A DNA stretch of 64,000 bases from Asterias rubens (lineage: Eukaryota), in assembly GCF_902459465.1 (NCBI RefSeq), contig NC_047066.1:9982001-10046000 (forward strand), given 5' to 3'. Made by a program: the position numbers and the translations under genes. The first letter of the stretch is position 1. Each line of letters starts with the position of its first letter. Below, piece by piece: positions 36,507 to 48,131 of this stretch. The notes below the pieces were generated by a model. That model had not been told where the DNA came from. It saw nothing but the letters and a program-made list of their open reading frames with translations, and did no database searches.

Positions 36507-36690
36507 CTGGGCAGTTTCACGGCACTGCTTACCATAAGCAACGAATTGGCGTTTACGAAAGCATGCAATTCTGTGCTTACGTCAAGCGTATTTCATGAAA
36601 TAGCAAGGAATTTCGGCTTGAGCGCGTGCGTACTACACTTTACTAGGCATTCTACGCTTCACTCAGCTCGAATGGTGATCGTATAAGCGC
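36507..36690 (-). promoter_or_regulatory. Probable non-coding first exon / 5' leader of PSPH
   Basis: A strong donor CAG|GTGAGT at 36507/36506 (alternative ATG|GTAAGC at 36533/36532) can splice to the acceptor TTTTCAG at 36245 just before the PSPH ATG. The 5' limit is a guess. Confidence 0.5.
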
Positions 36691-37376
36691 AGAATTTGGC
36701 AGTAAGCAGAGCCATGACAGTGGGTCGCAAATTTCTAAATTTCTAAATTTCAAAATAGTAGTAAAGTGTCCCATGGTCTCATACAAAGTTACATATTGTT
36801 TTGTGGTGAGCCCATGGCCTTGACAAGCCTTTATTCTGGACTACCTATGTTGGGCAAAACTGGCCACAAAAATGTGGGGTTGAAGTTTGCGTGGAATATT
36901 TTGTGCGAAGGCGCACAAATAAATTTCAATCGGGCAATCAAGTTTGCGCGCTCCGCGGGGCTGAAGTTTACACGAGGATTTTAAGCTTGCGCACAGCAAA
37001 AATCGAAGGGAGGGAGTCTCGAGACTCGAGTTCAAGTTGGCACCGATTTTGTTAAAAATTGTCTGAATTAAGTATATGTTCTTTCGGGCAACCTAACCAG
37101 TGACAAATAAACTCGCTCATTTAGTTCATATAAATAATCATAAATTGATGAAAATGCAAACGTAGTGATTTTGCTGACAGTGTGACACTTACGTAATTAA
37201 TTTGACGATCTCCAGCTAATCCGTACACACGTGTTGTTTTCTCTGCGAACCTCTCCCGTTATGAAGTGATCTACCGCCCTCTTGTGCTGAAAATTGGGTA
37301 CGGTGTCAAATTCATGATGGCCGACTAGCAACGAGAGAAGCTCTTTTGAATATTTCCTGCGCGGCTAGTTTAATCG
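36690..37376. promoter_or_regulatory. Candidate bidirectional promoter between PSPH (-) and the Cys-rich TM gene (+)
   Basis: CpG-richer, repeat-free interval. It has a minus-strand donor at 36507 and a plus-strand donor TCG|GTAAGT at 37376/37377. Confidence 0.4.
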
Positions 37377-38761
37377 GTAAGTTGCTCTTTGTTTAAATGT
37401 ACACATTTCTATGAAATTTCATGGATTGCTGGAGCAAGGGTACAATTTGTCGGTGTATGTATTATTTGTTCGAAACGGAAAGGGATCAAATTGAGTGCGT
37501 GTTGATCGGGTCGGGTGCCTTTTTTTGAGTTGATTGTCATGTCAGGATTGTGTTGACATTTTGATTCAGGTTGATGTTGATCACCATTCAGACAAAGCCC
37601 CACTTGTGTGGCCAATGGCCATATCACGCAAGTGAGGCTAATTCAGACAGTGATGGACACTGCAGTGACCGAGCTGAGTGTGGATGAGTTACTAACCCTC
37701 CATCCTACGGTCACATTATTACGATTATCGCAGTATCGTAGCGTCATACGTTATCGACCCTTATGTTTTCGGTCCCCAACTTTGATTCCCGTTTACCGCG
37801 AGATTGTGCAAGCTGCACCAGTGACAGAAGCTATGCAGTTTACTCACAGTCTGTATTTTCATCAGGCTTAATCATGCTGAGAAAAAAGTTTCCTGTCGTT
37901 GGTTATGCTCAAACATTTGTAAAATGATTGATTTTTGGTACTAATCACTAGTGCATTATTATGCCAACATTCAAATGAGTCAAAGAAACATCATCCAACC
38001 TCGAAAGTTCAAAACAAAATTACTATCTGCTAGATTGAGTTTCATTCTGCTTTAGTCACTAGATGGATAACGTGAGGTGGTTACTATTTGGGATTCCATG
38101 GTGTGCCAATATGGGGAAAATATTAAAATATTTTAAGTGAAAATGTCAACAAATTTTTATTTTTTATTTACTGCATACTGTAATAAATTCCGATAAGCGT
38201 AATAAATATTAAGTCTACAAATATTAAGTTTTGCATGATCTTAGATGTCAGTCGCTATCTAGTAATTGTGTTTTTTTTCCCCAAAGCACATGGAGTTTTC
38301 CTCACACATCTAAAATCAAAATTTCTTCATTGTCTTCAGAAAAAAGTTGATGTGATATTTCCACCAGTCTGCAGTAGGATGCCAAAACGCTGACTGCATG
38401 TCGTGTTCAAGTGATCTAGAGCACTGAATTCAAGTTGTGGTGTGGTGGCTGAGTCATCACAATAAGTGTTTGAATCTAACTCCTGACAATGCCTGACTGT
38501 AACATTCATATTCAGGTGGATCAAATATTTGAAGGTGTCTTCAAATTATGCTTTTTCCCCATTTGACATCATTTCGCGGAAAATTAATAAAGTTTTCTGA
38601 TGTTCTCTTTTATTTCCAAAGCTTTGACAGTGTGAACTGTTGCCAAACATCTCGTCATAGCGAACATTTAACCCCAATAATGATGATCTATCGGTACGAT
38701 GGTCTTTGGTGCTCAAGTAAACACAACCTAATGTAGCATCTGTTGAGTAGGGTCTTGCCTC

Positions 38762-41700
38762 ATGGAAACCGTAAGTATAGAATGTCATAACAGTTTGCTT
38801 AGCACATCAAAAATTTTGCTCAGCAGAATTTGGGTTACATGTACCAGTCAAATTAACAACTGAAATTACTGACTTGTGACTGGTGCCATATTCAATTTTG
38901 TAGCGTCACAAAAGAAGTTGCCTGTGGATATATTCATTATGCCTATAGGTCTTGGAAAAATCAGTGCTGAAATCAAACATTCGTGAAACACGACACTCAT
39001 CAGGCCTCAAAATAACCCATGGCACCCACAGCAATTGCCTTGGTTCCCTTTGCCTTTGCTGTGGTTGCCCTTTGCAAAGTTCCAAAATAAATTAAAATTT
39101 TCCTGATAGAATTACCCCTTACTATTGATGTGCCTTTTTCGAATGAAATTCAACAAGGCCTAAAATTGTTCATAATCCAAAAATAAACTGTGTAACTATT
39201 TTATGCTTTTCTCTAAACAGGCTACGACACCAGCCCCCAATGAGCTGCTCCTGCCCGTCCCAGTCATCGTTGTTTTAGCCGTCGGAGGATACCTACTTCT
39301 AATTGTTATTCTTCTTGTGGTTCGCCAATGTCTTGTGGTAAATATTAACTTGTGCAGGCCTTGAATAACCCATGGCACCCACATCAATTGCCGTGGTGCC
39401 CTGTACTTTCGCTCTCTGCAAAGTTCCAATACAAATTTACATTTGATTCATAGAAGTGCCCCTTTAAGAGAAACATTGGTGTGCCCCTTTAAGAGAAACA
39501 TTGGTGTGCCCCTTTAAGAGGGAAGTTTAAGGCCTGTTTGTGGGGTTTTAAAGGGTGTGTCAGCTAAAAGATTGGAAATATAAATGCTCACAGAATTGCA
39601 CATAATTTACATGGTTTGAAAACTGTGATGCTGTTGTAATAAGTCTCAAGTCAATGTTTGTGATAAGTTATCATTTCTTCAATCATCTTGTATAAAATGG
39701 TGTTAACAAACTGTCTTTGGGGTAATTAAGTGCACACTGTGTTGCTTTGCAATTGAAATAATTGTTTCTTGTATTTAACGAAACGCTTGTTTGTTGTTGA
39801 AACAAGGCACGGGGCATCTGCATGGCCTGCTCACCCTGCGGAAAAGAAGACGGTAGTCTACAGTGTTGTGATTGTTGGATCTCTTGTGCCGAGGGGTGCA
39901 ACTGCTGTGCCTACCCTAACACCAAGTCATGTCTTGACTCTCTGTGTGGACCTCCTGATGATGTAAGTATGGGTGCGTTCGATTAGCTTCCCTGGGTCGA
40001 CCCCGGTCTTCCCCCAGTACTTTCGAAAAGCTTTGACGTCATTCCAGGGCTTCACCCGGGTCAGCCCCTGATCAGTGCCCTGCTTGTGGAGTGGGTCACT
40101 TTGGGGCTGGCCCCAGGTGCATGACGTCACCACGAGAGGGTGAGTGATCGTTCGATTAGCTCTTGTCAGGGGCTCACCCACTGAGCACTGCAAGGTCAAC
40201 ACAGGGAAGCTAATCAAACGCACCCTATGAAAGGGTTGAGGGAGGGTGGGTGGGGGGGGGGTGAGGGAGGGGGAGGGGGAGTCTATGTGACGGGGAGGAA
40301 AAACATGATTAGTCCCACTGCAGCGATAACAAGAACAATAACGATCACGACGCAAAGAGAACGCGTTCTATTGGTTGAATTGCTCCACGCAGAATACGCA
40401 CCCGCTCATTCAACCAATAGAATGCGTTCTCTTGGCGTTGTTATCGTTCTCGTTCTCGTTATCGCTGCAGTGGGACCGGGCCTTAAGGGGAGACTGGTGA
40501 GGGAGAATGGAGTCTGAGCTTCAGCTAGTGCTATTTCCAAATTTTAAACAATTTTCTTTTTTCTTTTCTTTTTTTCATTATTTTCAGAGGTGCAGCATTG
40601 CTAAATGTTTATCCTGCCAGACGTGTCAAAATGAAACCTGCTGTGGAGACGACAGCTCAGGTTTCGAGGTAAGTCAGACTAGTCCACTTTCCTCATATCA
40701 GAGAGCCTAGGGCTCTGGCTTAGACTCCTTCAGGTTTTCTATAAAAAAAATTATGCTTTCACTAAGGGGCTTAAATCATATAGATGCAGCCTAAGCTGAA
40801 GCTCGAGTCTAAGCCTTGGTTTTGAAATGGCCCATAGAGAAATCAAACAAGTTAAGTAATTCATTACTAAGTTTGCTTCAATTTTCAGATCATAATAATC
40901 ATAAATCTTCAGATTTCTCCCCTCTATTTATGTTTTCAATTCAGCAGCTTATGAAGTTTATTTGAATGCCAAGTGTGCTTGTTGGATTTTAACTTTGACT
41001 TCTGAACTAACATAACATGACATAGCTATCCTTTATCTTTTAACAAAAAGTCCAGAATGAACTAACTCGATTAACCTAAACTAATAATTTCACAAGGTTT
41101 TTAATTATTCTTGAGTCCAAAAAGTAAACAAAATTGATAACCAACCAAAGTTAATAACTTTCGATTCATTTTCGATATCAATCAACCCAATATTTATCAG
41201 CCTAATAATTTGCATCAATCTAGTAAGATAATAGTTTTATCAACCCAAAGTTGATAGTTATTGACCTGATCAATTGACATTTTTGGGCACAATAATTTGT
41301 TATCAACTTATTAAGTTGATAGGCGTTCAGCCAGGAAGTCAATAGCTATCAACCCAAAGTTGATAGTTATTGAACTGATAAGTTGATAGTAATCATACCA
41401 GTAAACTAATATCAACCCCGATTAGTTGACATGCAGCCTCTTGAGTTTCTTTGACAAATCCTTCTTCTTCCCCTGACCTTGATAATATATTATTTTTAGT
41501 TATGTGGGGGCGGGGATACCTGCTCAAGCACTGGGTGTGAAGTGAGTATTTTAGTTGTTTTTGACAATGGCTTTTACATGAATGTCTTTCATCAGCCGAT
41601 TGCTTGCTTCATTGCCCAGGGGTGTTGGTGGTTTTTCCATGAAGTCCTGATCGGGGGATATATTGTACCCTGTTTGGGTGACCTCTATGCAATCTCAGAT

Positions 41701-44700
41701 AGTGTACCTTTTTGGGGGTATATACCTTTTCTAGTGACCGGAGAACATTTTGTGTCTAATAAGAATTCCATTGGCATTTTTACACTTACTCTCATTGAAA
41801 CCTGTGCCTACTTTCATAAAGCTGTTAAGCAGAAAATATTGCTTATCAAATTTATTGCTAAGCAAAATTGAGTCGGCACCAGACACAACAATGCAAACTT
41901 AAAGTAATTTGGGCTGGTAACCTGATTCTGCTAAGCAATTCTATTCTGTGCTTAGCAAGTTTTTGTGCTGAAAGGCTTTATGAAATTGGGCCCTGGTTAT
42001 CCCAATGTGGGTACAATTAAATCCTGATTTGGACTCTTGGTTACCAACAACACCAGTTACCATAGCAACTCATCACTTCATCATCATAAAGCATGCAGTC
42101 ATCTTAATCGTTATCTCATTAAATGCATGCGACTTCAAAGATCTGTCTTCAAAGCAAGCGATCTCGATACCGAGAGAGGACATTAACTTGCATCATGCTC
42201 CATTTACCGGCTCACCGTTGGTATCCTGCTTTTCATCTTTTTGTTTTTCCATCTGTTAAATCCTCCATAAATTCATCTTCCTATACTCTACAGAACCTTA
42301 AGACTCCTTTAGTTAGTGTCTGTAATATGTACAGGTATGGCTATACAATGCACTATTGTTTTCATCTGAACTCTTCCATTCGTTGCTAAAAAAGATCGAT
42401 GTTTTAGGTTGATTGGTCTTGATTTTAAACCTTTCAATATTCCGTGAAAGTGTTATGTGTTAGAAGGTTAAACCAAATTATATTGTTTTTCCCTGATGCA
42501 AACAAATTAACATTGATTAAATCATGTGGTACCGCCTATGCCAAGGATTTGAACAGCCTATAGGCATCAGGCTAGCTTGGTGGTCTAGTGGTAAGACATC
42601 TGCTCTAGCTAGCTATGGTCATGGCCTATGGATTCTGTTCACAGAACTCGGGAAAGTACTGAGTTTACAGTGCTTTATAAACACAGTGTAAGGGTTAAAG
42701 CCAAATTAGAAACCGTCATCGCTGTAAGATCTTCCATTGCGTCATCGCCTTAAGCCCGGTTCATCCTGCGAATGCAAATGCGAAGCGAATTTGACGTGAA
42801 TTTGACGTCACAACTCTGTTTTCGCTGTGAATATTCGCAAGAGTCGAGCACAGCTCAACTGCTGCGAATTATTCAATGCGAATTTGTAACGTCCACATTC
42901 ACTTCAGGAAGTATGAACCAGGCTTCAGTGTGGAACAACAGCGACAGGGAAGCTAATCAGGAACCCAAAGTATAGATGTTGTTGCAATCTTTTGATGCCA
43001 TGCTTTTTGGCAAAGAAGACGGCATCCAATGTGAAGTGATTAAAGGCTACCTCAATTCACCCCCTTCTCCGCCATGTTAGTGTTAATATTCCACACCAAG
43101 TTCATGTAGAAGTATGCATAGAAACTTTCATTTCAAAACATGCCACTCACAAAGTCCACCATTAGAAGTTAAAAGGTCACCCTGTACCTGTTAACCATTT
43201 AATGTCAGTATTCTTAATACATTTATGAGCCCGCCCGCATCTTAATGTGGGGACGGGGACTTTTTGAGAGAGATTTTGCCTTTGGAAAATATCATTTGCC
43301 ACAATGAAATCCTGACTTGACAAAGGAAAAACAACAACGGTTCTCACAATTAGCTCCAGGATTTGGTGTTGTGTGAGAAAAGTGAGAAACACCTTGCTGT
43401 GACTTGCTGAACCTCTGCCATGAGCCACGGCCCAAAATCTGCCACGGTATGCTGGGATCTTGGAATGCTTGGACTTATCTACCATTGAGCTGAATTTAAT
43501 GACAAAAAACGGTGGCGGCTCGGCCATTTTCGTTTGCCATATTTGTACAAAACAGGACAAAGGTTTGGAATTGGGGATTACACAATAACCCCCGGAAAGG
43601 GATTTCACAGAGCATCTTTTCCAGAACTGTTGTTGCTCTTTGTGTGTGTGAAAAGAAGCAAATCTTGGTAGGTGCCTGCCTGTGAACGCTACACGCTTGA
43701 AAGTCTCTTAGATGTAATTGTCAGCTGTCCGGCTATCAGTAAAAAAAAAATTGGGAAAATCTTAAGTTGTCCTGGATAATAAAAAACATCCACCGTATTG
43801 TGTGTAAGTCTTTCAAAAGTATTTTTGCGGATAAACACTTTATCCGATGTTAAGTGGTTAAAGACTTGTTCCTTTGTAGTTAGTTTTTGTGAGGGATATT
43901 TGTGTCCAGCAGAGTTTCATTTGAAATGATCAATAGTTTTCCTGATCATTCAGTGAAATGAGAAAAGATGTACATGTGTACTTTTGGTTGCATTGAAAGA
44001 TTGTTGTGTGTCAAACCCTAGATAACAAACACCCATTCACTACTAAACAAGCACCATATCCTACCTACCAAACAGCCATTCACTACTAAGCACCCCATCT
44101 TACATCAACTACTAATATAAGCACCCTCTATCCTACCTACCAAACACCCCTTCACGACTAAGCACCCTATTCTACCTACCAAAATCTTACCCACCTCTAA
44201 GCACCATATCCTACCCACCAAACACCCCTTCACTACTACTACCTACCAAACACTTACCCACTACTAAGCACCCTGTCCTACCTACCAAACACCCATTCAC
44301 ACAAGCACCCTATCCTATCTACCAAACACCTATCCACTACAAAGCACCCTGTCCTACCTACCAAACACCCATTCACACAAGCACCCTGTCCTACCTACCA
44401 AACACTTACCCACTACAAAGCACCCTATCCTATCTACCAAACACCTACCCACTACAAAGCACCCTATCCTACCTACCAAACACCTACCTACTACAAAGCA
44501 CCCTATCCTACCTACCAAACACCTACCCACTACAAAGCACCCTATCCTACCTACCAAACACCAATCCACTACAAAGCACCCTGTCCTACCTACCAAACAC
44601 CCATTCACACAAGCACCCTATCCTACCTACCAAACACCTACCCACTACAAAGCACCCTATCCTATCTACCAAACACCTATCCACTACAAAGCACCCTATC

Positions 44701-47700
44701 CTATCTACCAAACACCTACCCACTACAAAGCACCCTATCCTACCTACCAAACACCTACCCACTACAAAGCACCCTATCCTATCTACCAAACACCTACCCA
44801 CTACAAAGCACCCTATCCTACCTACCAAACACCTACCCACTACAAAGCACCCTATCCTACATGTACCTACCAAACACCTACCCACTACAAAGCACCCTAT
44901 CCTACCTACCAAACACCTACCCACTACAAAGCACCCTATCCTACCTACCAAACACCTACCCACTACAAAGCACCCTATCCTACCTACCAAACACCTACCC
45001 ACTACAAAGCACCCTATCCGAATTCCAGCTGTTGCCTCATATTGTTATCCCATTTAGCATCATCCCTATCCTACAAGCCTCAATCCCCAACCCTAATTCC
45101 ACTATTACCTCAAATCCCAATCCTTCTATTACCCCATACCTGTATCTCACTTCCAACCTCAAACTTCATCCCCATCCCACTTACCTCATACCCCTGTCCC
45201 ACTCACCTCCTACTCTTACCCCCACTAACCCTATCCCATTAGCCTCAAACCCCTCCCCTATTAACCACACCCCTACTGACCCTCCCCTACTAACCACACC
45301 CCTTTTAGCAATACCCCCGACCAACCAGACCCCAAATCAACCACACCCCAAATCAACCACACCCCGACCAACCACACCCCGACCAACCACACACCCTAAT
45401 AACCACCCCCCTAATAACCCCTCCCCTCTTACCCCTCCCCTACTAACTACACCCCTACTAACCCCTCCCTACTAACCACACCCCAACCATTCCATACCCC
45501 TCCTAACCACACCCCTACTAACCTCTCCCTTACTAACTACACCCCTACTAACCCCTCCCCTACTAAACCCTCCCCTACTAACCCCTCCCCTACTAACCAC
45601 ACCCCTACTAACCCCCCCCCCCCCTACTAACCACACCCCTACTAACCACCCCTGAATGTTTACCTTTCTCGACACACACACAACCTCTTTCTCAAGTCCT
45701 GTTGCAGTTGTGGTGGCCCATCGTGTTGTGATGGGAGCCTAACTGACTCATGTTGTGGGGATGGGGGTCTTTGCTCCTGTCTGAGCTGTGAAGTGAGTAT
45801 TTTTGTTAAATCATCCTTTTTTGATTTTATTGAAGACCTTTGGGTATCTTCATCTGTAGAAGTACCTTTAGTCCAACAGATGTACATTTAAAATTGGTCT
45901 TTTAGTGTTAGCAAGGCTTGAATTTTTGGAAACGGTTTCGAACAGTATACTCTGCTCATCTTCAGACCAAACCGGCTCTTTTCAGAGTCAACACTCCCTC
46001 AAAAAGTGATTTCGTACTTTGTTGTAACCACAAGTTTATATAGTTTATTATGATTCACACCATGCAAAGCTTTAAACATTACTTAGTCTTGGGCAAGTTG
46101 AATATCAATTTTGCAGTGAAGGTCTCCTGAAAAGGTTAAATGTGCTCATTCTTCCCAATTGTTTTATTCTGTCAGTGCATATATCCTATTTTAATTTAGG
46201 ATTTGGTTGTCAACGACAGTAGAAATGTTGACTCTGTTTTTAGACCATGATGTCAAGATCTCAACCCAGGTCTTTCCCATATATATTTTTGTCAAATCCT
46301 GCTTATTGCATGTGTTCAGGAAAACTAGTTCTCATAAAGTTGCTTTGCTTCAGTTGTATCAAAGTTTTATTGCAATTACATCTTATGATCATCCATTATG
46401 CAAATCACTCTCCATGGCAGTGTAAGACCCTTTTGGAAACCCTGGCTTAAGCCCGGTTCATGCTCCCTGCGAATGCGATTGCGAAACGAAACATTTGCTG
46501 CAAAAAACAGGGCTGTAAAGTCAAAACTCATATCGCATTTAAATTCCCAGACAGTATTTAGTTTTGGACTTGAGCCATGGTTTTGAAAAGGACCTGAGAT
46601 AAAATGTACAATCTTTGAAAATTCGTTTAATAGTGAAATCTTTCATTATTCATTAGTCATTGAAGTCAAAATTCATATTGCATTCGAATTCGCAGACAGT
46701 ATTTTGTTGTGGGACTTGAGCCATGGTTTTGAAAAGGACCCGAGATAAAATGTACAATCTTTGAAAATTCATAGTGAAATCTTTCATTATTCATTAGTCA
46801 TTATGTTTCACCCATGTTAATATGCTATACAGTGTAAACCATAGCGTTATATAATCGTATGATCTGACTACATGTACACTAATTGATGACAGTGACTAGT
46901 CCGCAAAAGCAAACAAATGTCACGAGCAGCCTCTGTCTGCCGCACTCACCATTTTGGGAGTCAAATTGCATGTGAACTAGACTGTATAACACACCCGAAA
47001 ATTGACTCCCAAAATGGTGCGACCAAGATAGTGTGATGATGACATGTGTTGAATCGGGTCAACAGACGGCTGGGAAATATAGAAGTAACTAAAAAAGAAT
47101 CATTGGCATTCGACCTCTTTGGACTTTTCCATAGATTATATCTGCAGTTGTTGCCTGGTTTTCTTTTAGATATAGGTAATTTTCCATACAGGGCTATATT
47201 TTATTGCAGGGGCTGGTCATAAATGACAGTCCAGTTATTCTTTGCTATTAACTCCACACAAATGTTCTCACTAATCATAAGGTTTATACATGTAATTGTT
47301 TCTGCGGAGACTTTCAAAACAGAACTAAAGATGACTGCTCTTTACACAAGCGTACTTTGTCTGTTCTTAGCAATGAGTTTTCACAATGTTTAATCATTGT
47401 ACATCTATTTCATTTTGCCGAAGCACAATGAGTAATGTATTTTAGAATGTGCGCTTTATAAATAAATAAAAGTAAAAATGGTAGTTTCTTATACAGCGTG
47501 CATATCTGTCACTCAGTGACACTCGAGTGCTTCAACATACAGCATTTCCTGCAAGGTATGTGGGACTACGTTTGAATGGACCCTTCTCATGAAGTATGCT
47601 AATTACATTCACGCATGCGTACATACCCTGTTGGTTGGCAAACGGCATAGAGTTGTGCACTAAGCAGACGCGCAATCGCGTCTGCGTCACGCACCCATTA

Positions 47701-48131
47701 GCCGTGTACAAAACAGCGCGATGTTCCCTCATTTTGCCAACCAAAACGTTAGTGCGCACGCGCTACGTGCAATTTACATATTTCATGGGAAGGGTCTATT
47801 GTGAGACTATATGGTCCGATTTCACAAAGAGATAAGATTGATCATAACTGCAAATCAATTGTAGTTGCATGATACTGACGATTTGTCTCACGATGGATTT
47901 TATTGCTTGGTGAAATCGGCCCCTAATCCTTTTATAGCACCATGTAATGGTTTACAAGATGTTGTAAATCCATATTATAATGTAAAATGACCCTTTCAAT
48001 ATCATCTTTCTCCATTTCCATCCCCCCCCCCTTTCCTCAAACCACAGTGTGCAGGATGCGACTGTGCTTGCCAGGCGCCGGAGTGTGACACGATCGACTG
48101 CTTTTGCTTCAAGATAAACATGCACAACTAG
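38762..48131 (+). CDS. Uncharacterised single-pass membrane protein with a very Cys-rich tail (~180 aa, 36 Cys)
   Basis: Exons 38762-38770 (MET; least certain), 39221-39337 (ATTPAPNELLLPVPVIVVLAVGGYLLLIVILLVVRQCLV), 39807-39962 (ARGICMACSPC...LCGPPDD), 40588-40668 (RCSIAKC...SSGFE), 45697-45792 (SCCSCGG...CLSCE) and 48048-48131 (CAGCDCACQAPECDTIDCFCFKINMHN*). All junctions are GT-AG and phase 0, and the joined frame is open. Confidence 0.8.
39971..40225. mobile_element. PIF/Harbinger-like MITE with TAT target duplication
   Basis: TIRs GGGTGCGTTCGATTAGCTTCCCTG / CAGGGAAGCTAATCAAACGCACCC, with TAT on both sides. Confidence 0.85.
40312..40482. mobile_element. Palindromic MITE (GTCCCACTGCAGCGATAAC ends)
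   Basis: Long inverted arms; the left end appears clipped. Confidence 0.75.
42752..42925. mobile_element. MITE (AGCCCGGTTCAT ends)
   Basis: Imperfect TIRs and GCGAAT repeats. A partial copy at ~46447-46700 adjoins a ~145-bp local duplication. Confidence 0.65.
44020..45018. repeat. 39-bp minisatellite (CAAACACCTACCCACTACAAAGCACCCTATCCTACCTAC)n, roughly 25 units
   Basis: Direct reading; it gives the 13-aa periodic ORFs in the track. Units are degenerate on the left and homogeneous on the right. Confidence 0.93.
45020..45652. repeat. C-rich low-complexity tract (CCCCTACTAACC-like units)
   Basis: Nearly G-free plus strand with many C3-C5 runs. Confidence 0.85.
47813..47922. mobile_element. Small MITE (GG.CCGATTTCAC ends)
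   Basis: GGTCCGATTTCACAAAG / CTTGGTGAAATCGGCCC inverted termini. Confidence 0.65.

Noticed and set aside
43177-43608. 143-aa antisense ORF in the Cys-rich gene intron (nested gene?)
   Set aside because: No recognisable motif, coding bias or convincing splice pattern by eye; a lncRNA cannot be excluded.
45020-45652. Interstitial telomere
   Set aside because: Only scattered CCCTAA/CTAACC; no tandem (TTAGGG)n.
44354-45681. Long periodic ORFs (GRCLVGRIGCFVV)n, (YLPNTYPLQSTLS)n and a Pro-rich ORF
   Set aside because: A by-product of a 39-bp (multiple of 3) minisatellite and a G-poor tract; no splice or start support.
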